From: a candidate division WOR-3 bacterium
Lineage (GTDB): Bacteria; Hydrothermota; Tepidihabitantia; SM23-42; JAOAFX01
Assembly: GCA_039802265.1 (NCBI GenBank)
Contig: JBDRWI010000004.1
Span: 1 to 61,206, forward strand
Length of the DNA stretch: 61,206 nucleotides
Direction of reading: 5' to 3'
In this document: positions 49,306 through 57,411 of the stretch, in pieces
Layout of the letters: every line of letters starts with the position of its first letter
Numbering within the stretch: position 1 is the stretch's first letter
Translations under genes and position numbers: made by a program
Notes under the pieces: model-generated
Told to the model about the DNA's origin: nothing
The model's input: the letters and a program-made list of their open reading frames with translations, nothing else
Databases searched by the model: none

Positions 49306-50301
49306 TTAAGGAACCTCTACTCCCGCTAAAATTTTCTGGATAATAGTATCGGTTGTTATCTCTTCAGCCTCAGCCTCATAGGTAGGGATGATGCGATGGC
49401 GTAATACATCAGGTGCCAGTTCTTTTATATCTTCAGGAATGACAAAACCTCTTCTCTTTAGAAATGCCATTGCGCGGGCGGTGGTCGTTAAATAGATCGA
49501 TGCCCGCGGTGAGGCACCATAACGAATCAACCCCTTCAACTCGTTCAGATTATATTTCTCCGGCTCCCTTGTGGCAAAGACAAGGTCCACGATGTAATCC
49601 TTGATCTTTTTATCAATATATACCTTCTTACATAACTCTCTTGCCTTTATGATTGTCTGCGGGTCAACGACCGGTTTTATTTCGGGCTCACCACTGATTG
49701 CGATCCGCTCGATTATCTCCTTCTCTTCCTCCTTTGAAGGGTATGTTATCTTCACCTTGAGTAAGAACCTGTCAATCTGTGCCTCAGGTAGCGGATATGT
49801 CCCTTCTTGTTCAATTGGATTCTGGGTTGCCAGAACCAGAAATGGGTCATCAAGTTTGAATGTTTCTTCGCCGATTGTAACCTGCCTTTCCTGCATCGCC
49901 TCAAGGAGGGCACTCTGGACCTTGGGTGGGGTGCGGTTGATTTCATCGGCAAGAATGATATTGGCAAAAATCGGTCCTTTACTCACCGTGAATTCACCGG
50001 TTCGTTGATTATAGATTAAGGTGCCCGTAATATCCGCAGGTAATAAATCGGGTGTAAACTGAATGCGCTGAAATTTTGCCTTTATTGCCCGAGCCAAGGT
50101 GCGAACTGCATAGGTCTTTGCCAGTCCCGGCACCCCTTCTATTAGAATATGTCCATTTGCTAAAAGACCAATCAGCAGGCGATTGATTAGATAATCCTGC
50201 CCCACAATCGCCTTGCCTATTTCGCCGGTCAATTTCTGAACAACAATACTTTCCCGCTCTATCTCCTCGTGAATCTGTTTTATATCGTCTTTTAACTCCA
50301 T
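49306..50301 (-). CDS. moxR: MoxR family AAA+ ATPase
   Basis: EGVPGLAKT, RIQFTPDLLPAD, LADEINR, ATQNPIEQEGTYPLPEAQ, GASPRA. Confidence 0.95.
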   Translation of the reverse strand: MELKDDIKQIHEEIERESIVVQKLTGEIGKAIVGQDYLINRLLIGLLANGHILIEGVPGLAKTYAVRTLARAIKAKFQRIQFTPDLLPADITGTLIYNQRTGEFTVSKGPIFANIILADEINRTPPKVQSALLEAMQERQVTIGEETFKLDDPFLVLATQNPIEQEGTYPLPEAQIDRFLLKVKITYPSKEEEKEIIERIAISGEPEIKPVVDPQTIIKARELCKKVYIDKKIKDYIVDLVFATREPEKYNLNELKGLIRYGASPRASIYLTTTARAMAFLKRRGFVIPEDIKELAPDVLRHRIIPTYEAEAEEITTDTIIQKILAGVEVP

Positions 50302-50533
50302 AGATAACCCCCTTTTATCCTGTCTCGTTCAGGTTTGACAATTATCTTTAAGCAATCCACCCTGAACTCTATTGAGGCTTAACCAACAATCTTTAGGAAA
50401 AAATTACTATTCTGTTTAATCGGAAGTATTTTTATTTTTGACAAGACTGGCCTTTATAGGTTTATTAAAATCAGCACCAAAGCCCGGATTGATTCTTCGA
50501 TGCCTCTTTTGCCATTTTTTAATCATCTCAATG

Positions 50534-50554
50534 CCCTCTCCTACAGGGGGAGGG
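50534..50554. repeat. Partial REP-like palindrome
   Basis: ccctctcc-taca-gggggaggg. Confidence 0.4.
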
Positions 50555-50597
50555 ATTTAATATATCTTACGTGGAAGCTTCAGAAAAAGCATAAATC

Positions 50598-50625
50598 TTG
50601 ACAAGCAGAAAAAAAATAATATAAT
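50598..50625 (+). promoter_or_regulatory. sigma70-type promoter of the lgt-like gene
   Basis: TTGACA-N16-TATAAT. Confidence 0.8.
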
Positions 50626-50642
50626 TTTGTTGGCATAGAGGT

Positions 50643-52286
50643 ATGACGATCGACCCCCGGGAATTTATAGGAATATACCCAAGTTTTTACATACTCGGAG
50701 TATATACCGGATTCGTAATCATTATTTGGGAAGTCTATAAAAGGAGATTGCCTTTGATACCTTTCCTCGTTGTTATGATATGGGGGCTGATATTTGCGCT
50801 TATCGGCTCTAAATTATTCACACTTACCCCGGTTGAATTGGTTGGCAGATTAAAAACGGGTTCAATACTATTCATCCACGAAAAAGTTTATATCGGATGG
50901 CTCATGGGCGGAATATTCGGAATAAAGATTTTCCGAAAAATACTGGGATTCAATTTTGACCTATTTGATTTATTTGCATTCGCTTTGCCCGTGGGTTTTG
51001 CCTTGATGCGTATCGGCTGTCTACTCGGCGGCTGTTGTTTTGGTAAACCCGCAAATCTACCCTGGGCGCTTGTTTATGCTCAGAATTCACCCTGTTATAA
51101 CCATCACCGGTGTAGTGGAATGCTTCCGGCAGATGCTGAATCGTCACTTCCGGTTCATCCGGCACAGGTTTACGAAATCATTGCAATGATTATTATAATC
51201 TCCCTGCTTCTTTACTTAAGAAACCATTTAAAAAAGCCAGGTAGCCTTGGCTATTCCTATCTTTTACTCCACTCAATCTTAAGGTTTTTTATTGATTTTA
51301 CAAAGGAAGGAGGAACCTATTTATTCGGTTTGAAATCAATGCAGTGGTTTTTGCTTTTTGTAATACCAATAGGTACCGTTTTTATATTATTGCGGGAACG
51401 GAATTTCCGGACGAAGGATTTCAACATCTTTGAACCGAGGCCGTTTTTATTCAATCTTATCTTATATCTTCCCGCACCATTATTTTTGATCTTACCGAAA
51501 GGCTGGCTTACTCCTGCTGAATTTAAGGTCCTTTTGATAGCCAGCCTCATTGTGGCCGGAGCCTTTGTATATCGAGGACTGAGTTATGTTGGCAATCGCT
51601 TCAGGTTATTTATCAGGATTCCAGTAACAGTCGCTGGTATTGCAATTCTTGAATCAAGTACTGATACAACAATAACAAAAGATACATTGAAAGATTTCTT
51701 TTATCTTGAATTTGATGGTGGTTATATGAATGGCGCCTACAGGGAAATCTGCGGAGGTCTTGTTCCCTATGAGGCAGGTGGGGTGGGTGCCGGGCTATAT
51801 TTTAAAGATAAGTTAAATACAACCTATGGAATAAATATCAAGGGATACGCATTTGAAGAAGATTATTCACGATTAAAGTATGGTAGCGCCGGTGCTTTTA
51901 CCTTTAATCACAGGTATGTAGGTTTTAATTTAGGAGCGGGCATGGTCTTCCCAAACGCCGATTACAATGAGGTTTACCCGAGTATAGGACTGAGACTGGG
52001 ACCAAGGGACTGGGGATACATTGAAGGAGAATTTTTAAAACACAAACCCGCAGATTTACCGTCGCCAATAATAAAATTGGGCATTGGCATTGGAACTAAG
52101 GATTCTTTGAAAAATGAGACGCATGTCCGCCTGGGGGTCGCCCTGTTTGAAGGCTATTACGCAAATCCTGTCATCTATCTCTTTGATAATCGCCTGATTA
52201 TAAGCCCATATATATCCGGTGGAATGGAAAATGATGTTTATCAATTTAACCTGACCATCGGTTACCGGTATTATTTCAAGGATTAA
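50643..52286 (+). CDS. Lgt (prolipoprotein diacylglyceryl transferase)-like protein with a C-terminal beta-strand-rich extension
   Basis: RIGC...GCCFG.P..LPWA, HP.Q.YE, RFFIDF; ~200-aa amphipathic beta extension ending GYRYYFKD. Confidence 0.75.
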   Translation: MTIDPREFIGIYPSFYILGVYTGFVIIIWEVYKRRLPLIPFLVVMIWGLIFALIGSKLFTLTPVELVGRLKTGSILFIHEKVYIGWLMGGIFGIKIFRKILGFNFDLFDLFAFALPVGFALMRIGCLLGGCCFGKPANLPWALVYAQNSPCYNHHRCSGMLPADAESSLPVHPAQVYEIIAMIIIISLLLYLRNHLKKPGSLGYSYLLLHSILRFFIDFTKEGGTYLFGLKSMQWFLLFVIPIGTVFILLRERNFRTKDFNIFEPRPFLFNLILYLPAPLFLILPKGWLTPAEFKVLLIASLIVAGAFVYRGLSYVGNRFRLFIRIPVTVAGIAILESSTDTTITKDTLKDFFYLEFDGGYMNGAYREICGGLVPYEAGGVGAGLYFKDKLNTTYGINIKGYAFEEDYSRLKYGSAGAFTFNHRYVGFNLGAGMVFPNADYNEVYPSIGLRLGPRDWGYIEGEFLKHKPADLPSPIIKLGIGIGTKDSLKNETHVRLGVALFEGYYANPVIYLFDNRLIISPYISGGMENDVYQFNLTIGYRYYFKD

Positions 52287-52465
52287 CCAGCTATAGAACA
52301 AGTCTCTTTAAGACTCCGTTATACTCCAACAATTATTTTTATAATGTTTAAGCAGCTTTACTCTTTAGGGAGAATACGCAGAAGGAAGACAACAGTCGCC
52401 AGAAATGTCGAAAGATAGCAGATGCCTTCTTCAAATATTTTTTATCAATATTTTAAAAAATTGTA

Positions 52466-52490
52466 ACATTTTGAGGCAGGCTGAAAATGT
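52466..52490. repeat. Degenerate copy of the palindromic site ACATTTT-N11-AAAATGT
   Basis: acatttt-gaggcaggctg-aaaatgt; shares the ggcaggc core with 52797 and 56137. Confidence 0.6.
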
Positions 52491-52796
52491 AAATCAAATG
52501 AAGATTCAGTGGATCGATAATTTGCAGATTGAGGCAAAATTTTGGACCACAGGCGCATCGTATGGCGTTTGGAAAGAGTTTTTAATGATACTTTCACCAA
52601 TATCACAACTTATCTTGATACAGTTTCTTTTCTCCATAAATATCATTATAAAGTTCGGGCAGTTGATAATGCCGGTCATTATTCCGCCCGGTCAAATGTG
52701 GTTGAATTTACTTGTGGTGCCCTTGCCCAGTCAAATTATTCAAAAATGTCGGCGTATAATAATGGGGCGAAGGTGTTAAGATATGGAATAACGCTC
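52491..52796 (+). pseudogene. Internal fragment (FN3 domain plus start of propeller module) of a secreted-protein gene, frameshifted
   Basis: KIQWIDN.QIE.. in one frame continues as ..TYLDTV..HKYHYKVRAVDNAGHYSARSN..CGALAQSNYSKMSAYNNGAKV in another. No start or signal peptide; homologous to ~59430-59730. Confidence 0.75.
52713..52774 (+). repeat. 62-bp direct repeat, copy 1
   Basis: 61/62 identical to 59655-59716. Confidence 0.9.
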
Positions 52797-53192
52797 AAAA
52801 ATCAACATTTTTGAACATTTTTGGGCAGGCGGAAAATGTTGACTTTTGTTTTTTATATGCAAAAACTATGCCTGAAATTTTTTGGCAAATATCACTTTAC
52901 CCTTGACGAATGCTTTTTTTTTTTAGTATAATGTATAGTAGAAAAGGCTTAAGATGGCGGTAAAAGGCTAAAGAGGGCGAAAAAGGGAAAAGAAGGGTGA
53001 AAAGGGGTGAAGAAGTGAATAGTTCGTGAAACGTTTACCGTGAACCGTGAAACGAGCGGCAAGGGTGAAAAAGGGAGAATAAGGGTGAATAGGGGTAAAG
53101 AAGGGGAACAGAATAAACCAGATAAACCAGAAAGACAAGATAGACCGGATGGAATGGTGCAGTATCGTCCGCCTTCGGCGGACTTGCAGGAA
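52797..53192 (+). repeat. ~390-bp direct repeat, copy 1 (palindromic site, promoter, 9-mer repeats, hairpin)
   Basis: Aligns end to end with 56137-56524. Confidence 0.92.
52903..52932 (+). promoter_or_regulatory. sigma70-type promoter with poly-T spacer (T11, spacer 18)
   Basis: TTGACG-aatgc-T11-ag-TATAAT. Confidence 0.65.
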
Positions 53193-53251
53193 TTGCAGTA
53201 TCATTCGCCAATTTGTATGGCGGATTGGAATTTAAGCAAAATGGGGTAAAG

Positions 53252-54613
53252 ATGGTTAGGGTTATTTCTTTTACATTTCTATTCATTTTTATTGGTGATA
53301 ATTGTTATGGGACTGAAGGCGCCGCATTTCTTACTCTCACACCGGGTGCACGGGCAATTGGTTTAGGACAGTGTTTTGTCGCAATTGCTGATGACCCGAG
53401 TGCCTGTTATTTCAATCCCGCTGGACTGGCATTTATTAATCAGGCTCAGATACTTTCTATGAATTTATCCCCTCCACCAGGAGTCTCAAAGGCAACACTC
53501 TGGGGTTTAACTGAACTTTCCCATCCACTTTTCTGCCAAAAGATTCATAGTCCACTTGACCCAAAATGGGGGACTGAAGAGTTTTATGGTCGGTATATGT
53601 ATTGGTCAGGTGCCTTTCCTTTTAAATGCAAACAAGCAATTGGTTTTAGCATTGATTATTTTAAAACTGGGCCGATTCATGCCTATGGAAATATATTTTA
53701 CCCATACGATTGTGCGTTGAGTATTAGTTATGGAAGGAAAATTGTTGACAATCTAAGTTTTGGTGTAACAGCAAAATACATTTATGAATTCCTATGGCCT
53801 CAATGGTTATCTGACTCCTTGGATGTGTCTTATTCTGGTTCATCTTATTCTTTCGCTTTTGATGGTGGTCTGTTATTCAAATCCGGTATCGGATTTTCTA
53901 TTGGTGCTTCCTTATCAAATCTTGGCCCACCTATAAAGGTTGTGGAAACCGAAGGTGTTCTTCCTTTAACTGCGCGTATTGGGTTAGTCCAATCTATAAC
54001 CGAATTTTTTGCAGCAACCAGTAGTAACGAAAATAATTTCATTAAAAAATTGAATCAATCCTTTCACTTCTTGTTTACGATTGAGCGTAAAATTGATTTG
54101 GCTGGGGAATCCCGCATCCATAAAACCTCTTGCGGATTTGAGGCAAAGATTTTTGATTTGCTATCTTATCGCCAGGGTTTTAGATTAACAAAACAAGAAT
54201 ACCTGCTATGGGATGACCCCAAGAGTATCAGTCTTGATTTGAAAATAGCTGAGTTTGATATTACGATAACGAATTCTAATTATTATGCCGGATGCTGGTG
54301 GATACAGAGTAAATTTAAACCACTTGAGAATAAACCCGAGTTTTTAAAGAAAAATAAGGCATTAGACCGAATCTTTCTCAATCTTTCCTGTCTGGCAATA
54401 CCTGGCGGTGGGCAGCTCTATAATGGAGATAAATGGCGGGCTTTACCCTATTTGATTGCCAGTTTCTTTGTTGCGGATGTGATATTAGAGAGTCATAATA
54501 AACCATCCTGGCAGGATGAGGCATATAATACTGTAGTAATGACTCTTCCGATTCTTTATATTTTAAGTGGTGTTCAGGCAAATTTAGCATTGGGAGGGAA
54601 CAATGGTAAATAG
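53252..54613 (+). CDS. PorV/PorQ-family outer-membrane protein with C-terminal DUF5683-like membrane domain
   Basis: GAAFL...PGARA.GLG..FVAIADD.SA.YFNPAGLA, S.G...KYI, D.G.L, S.SNLG, LP...R.G; tail IPGGGQLYNG; start at MVRVIS. Confidence 0.8.
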   Translation: MVRVISFTFLFIFIGDNCYGTEGAAFLTLTPGARAIGLGQCFVAIADDPSACYFNPAGLAFINQAQILSMNLSPPPGVSKATLWGLTELSHPLFCQKIHSPLDPKWGTEEFYGRYMYWSGAFPFKCKQAIGFSIDYFKTGPIHAYGNIFYPYDCALSISYGRKIVDNLSFGVTAKYIYEFLWPQWLSDSLDVSYSGSSYSFAFDGGLLFKSGIGFSIGASLSNLGPPIKVVETEGVLPLTARIGLVQSITEFFAATSSNENNFIKKLNQSFHFLFTIERKIDLAGESRIHKTSCGFEAKIFDLLSYRQGFRLTKQEYLLWDDPKSISLDLKIAEFDITITNSNYYAGCWWIQSKFKPLENKPEFLKKNKALDRIFLNLSCLAIPGGGQLYNGDKWRALPYLIASFFVADVILESHNKPSWQDEAYNTVVMTLPILYILSGVQANLALGGNNGK

Positions 54614-55769
54614 GATAATAAAACTTTTTCTTACAATATTAATTTTTGCAGTATGTTCTAAAAAAGAAGAAGAACCTCAGGTCCTTGAGGTTGTAAATAT
54701 TTCCAATACACCAGGGCGTTCTGAACATCCGGCAATTGCTGCGGATTCAAGGGGCTATTTTTATGTGGTGTGGGATGACCAGACGCCGGATGGAAAAACG
54801 GCGGTATACATCACGCAGAGGCCGCCGGGTGGGAATTGGACAACCCCGAATTATATTATCAACCCCCAGCGAATGATGCGTCAGCCCGATATTGCAGTGG
54901 ATAAAGAAAATACAATCCATGTTGTAGGGCAGTATACAAATCCTCAGGGCTGGTTTGAAATTTTTTACACAAAGAAGCCATTGGGTGGAGATTGGTCAGA
55001 ATTGGAGATAATTGGGATGTATGGTATGGCCTGCCACCCTAAAATCGCGGTTGATAATAATGGTGATGTTCATATTGTGTGGCAGGAGTTGGTTGGCTAT
55101 TGGCCGGTGATTTATGCAAAAAGGACAAAGGATGGCTCCTGGTCATCACCGATAGAAATCTCAAAAAATATGGGTGAAGATAATTCTGTATGGGAGCATA
55201 GAATTGCCGTTGACCAATCAAATGATGTCCATGTGATAATCACCCAAGATGTTAATTACGGCTCATACCCAGTGTTATTATTAGAATATACCACCAATTC
55301 CCAGGGTGGCACTTGGATTGAACCAATAGTGCTCTGCCGTGATTCACTTTTAGACATTGGCTCGTCAGCCCAAATTGTAACTATTGATAATCAAAATATT
55401 TATGTAATTTGGGCAATGAGGGGGGATATCTTTTATACCTACAAGTTGTCTAATTCCCAATGGCAGATACCTGCTCGGGTTTGTAGTACTACAGCAATTT
55501 CAGGTGGGCCCCATATAGTTGCAATAGGAGGTACATTGCAGTTAATATGGACCGAACTTCCAAATATGATTCCTACGATTATCTATAGCAAAATGGAGAG
55601 TAAAAATAATTGGAAGAAACTGCAAGAATGGATTTTTAATAGTGGAACAATTTATGGTGCTGCGGGAATTGCGGTGTCATCTTCAACTATCGGGATAATT
55701 ATATACGGACGTCCAGAGGATGAACCAGATAATGATGAAATATATTTTGGCGAAATACCCATAAATTAA
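54603..55769 (+). CDS. Putative lipoprotein with beta-propeller (BNR-like) repeats
   Basis: Lipobox-like FAVC-SKKEEE; repeated P.IA.D..G..HVVW...I.Y......WS.P. Confidence 0.75.
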   Translation: MVNRIIKLFLTILIFAVCSKKEEEPQVLEVVNISNTPGRSEHPAIAADSRGYFYVVWDDQTPDGKTAVYITQRPPGGNWTTPNYIINPQRMMRQPDIAVDKENTIHVVGQYTNPQGWFEIFYTKKPLGGDWSELEIIGMYGMACHPKIAVDNNGDVHIVWQELVGYWPVIYAKRTKDGSWSSPIEISKNMGEDNSVWEHRIAVDQSNDVHVIITQDVNYGSYPVLLLEYTTNSQGGTWIEPIVLCRDSLLDIGSSAQIVTIDNQNIYVIWAMRGDIFYTYKLSNSQWQIPARVCSTTAISGGPHIVAIGGTLQLIWTELPNMIPTIIYSKMESKNNWKKLQEWIFNSGTIYGAAGIAVSSSTIGIIIYGRPEDEPDNDEIYFGEIPIN

Positions 55770-55780
55770 GGAGGTACACG

Positions 55781-56080
55781 ATGCTCAATTTTACAAAAAC
55801 ATTTGTTATTGTTTTAATAATCGTGCCGATTTTAATTTCGGCACACGATATGTCGCTGCATATGTATATCGGGTCTCAGACTTTTGATGTCTGGCAGGAG
55901 TTTGACCCAGAATTCTATAATGCGCTTGTGAGTGCACAGGCTGGGTGGCAATCAACCCCAACAACTGATTACTCCAAACTAATGCTTCTAAAATTCTATT
56001 ATATTGGACTCACGCTGCCCGATTTATTCAAGGGAGAGGGGGGTCAAATCTTTATATTTTACATTGACAAGCAGTCTTAA
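55781..56080 (+). pseudogene. 3'-truncated secreted protein, zinc-dependent phospholipase C/S1-P1-like N-terminus (tentative)
   Basis: AAGGAGG RBS, signal peptide, AHD..LH.YI and YYIG..LPDLF, then an abrupt switch to non-coding-like sequence at ~56030. Confidence 0.5.
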
Positions 56081-56136
56081 TTGGGCAAGGTATGTACGGC
56101 GTGTGAAAATACTGACAATGGCGGGTAATGATGGAT

Positions 56137-56524
56137 AAAAATCAACATTTTTGGGCAGGCGGAAAATGTTGACTTTTGTTTTTTATATGCAAAAACTATG
56201 CCTGAAATTTTTTGTGAAATATCACTTTACCCTTGACGAATGCTTTTTTTTAGTATAATGTATAGTAGAAAAGGCTTAAGATGGCGGTAAAAGGTTAAAG
56301 AGGGCGAAATGAGAAGGGTGAAGAAGGGAGAATAGGGGTGAAGAAGTGAATAGTTCGTGAAACGTTTACCGTGAATCGTGGAACGATTTAACAAGGGTGG
56401 AAAAGGGAGAATAAGGGTGAATAGGGGGAAAGAAGGGGAACAGGATAAACCAGAGAAACTAAGAAGACAAGATAGACCGGATGGAATGGTGCAGTATCGT
56501 CCGCCTTCGGCGGACTTGCAGGAA
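56137..56524 (+). repeat. ~390-bp direct repeat, copy 2
   Basis: Aligns with 52797-53192; starts with aaaatcaacatttt-N11-aaaatgttgacttt. Confidence 0.92.
56233..56259 (+). promoter_or_regulatory. sigma70-type promoter with poly-T spacer (T8, spacer 15)
   Basis: TTGACG-aatgc-T8-ag-TATAAT. Confidence 0.6.
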
Positions 56525-56559
56525 GCGAAAAAGTGATGAAACAATTTGTTAACAAATCA

Positions 56560-56623
56560 ATTGAATTGGGAAATTGGGGTTTGAGTATTGTTTGGAATTT
56601 GGTGCTTGGAATTTGGGATTTGA
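56560..56623. repeat. 7-nt-period repeat (ttggaat/ttgggat family) in the 5' UTR
   Basis: ttgggaaattggggtttgagtattgtttggaatttggtgcttggaatttgggatttg. Confidence 0.7.
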
Positions 56624-56640
56624 CTAACAAGGGGGTAAAA

Positions 56641-57411
56641 ATGGGTAAGATTATCCCTTTTGCATTTGTTTCTTTTGTAGTGTTGGTAAGCCTCTGTTTT
56701 GGGTATGGAGATGTGCTTAAAACTGAGGCGAAGCCTTCGTTAATATGGGACTTTCAAAAGTTTAAAAGTTTATACCTGTCCTCAAGGTCTGTCCCAAGGT
56801 CGACTTATAGATTGCTTTTCAGCAACAGTGCACTACCAGAAAATAAATTAAATAACAATTCTGAGAGTAAATTATCAATAGGAATAAAAACAGGTTTAGG
56901 ATATAATTACCTTCTTAAACGCGTGATAAGAGACTCTACTCAACAGTTAATTATAGGATTATCTGCGAAGCAAAAAATTACTGAGTTTATGGATATTGAA
57001 TTTGCTCCGGCCTACCAATACATTAAATCAGTAGATTTTGGTGAAGGGTTTACGGGTGTTTATTATTTAAATAATCTTCTTCTGCCGATTGGAATAGATT
57101 TCAAGTTTCTCAAGAAGGGTTTTATCACATTAATTTGGAATGGGGGTGTTGAACCTCTTGTTGAGTTTGATGGTAATTGGGAATTGTGGTTGGAAGATAG
57201 TCTTTTCTCAAAAGGTAAAATTGAGCATTGTGAAAAATTCTTTTACATCTATACTGGCTTAGGCGGGGAAATATATATTTCTCCACGAGTTCATATTCAA
57301 CTTGGGTTTTGTTTGGGGTATTCTCTCACGCGGGCAGTAACTCATGTCATAAGTAATTATCCTTTACGGTTATATTTGGGGGTTATGTATTTCCCAGGAG
57401 GTAAACAATGA
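56641..57411 (+). CDS. Outer-membrane beta-barrel (porin/PorT-like) protein
   Basis: Signal peptide; SIGIKTGL, L..L.LP, GLGGE, terminal strand LYLGVMYF; ATG after GGGGGT. Confidence 0.7.
   Translation: MGKIIPFAFVSFVVLVSLCFGYGDVLKTEAKPSLIWDFQKFKSLYLSSRSVPRSTYRLLFSNSALPENKLNNNSESKLSIGIKTGLGYNYLLKRVIRDSTQQLIIGLSAKQKITEFMDIEFAPAYQYIKSVDFGEGFTGVYYLNNLLLPIGIDFKFLKKGFITLIWNGGVEPLVEFDGNWELWLEDSLFSKGKIEHCEKFFYIYTGLGGEIYISPRVHIQLGFCLGYSLTRAVTHVISNYPLRLYLGVMYFPGGKQ

Noticed and set aside
52797..56524. Long repeats as IS elements, a composite transposon or integron attC sites
   Set aside because: No transposase or integrase ORF, no terminal inverted repeats spanning the unit, no target duplication and no attC core sites seen.
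52968..56640. Short ORFs at 52968-53286 and 56227-56630, and the 5' extensions to 53213 and 56533
   Set aside because: They are translations of the low-complexity repeat leader; better starts with RBS and signal peptide are at 53252 and 56641.
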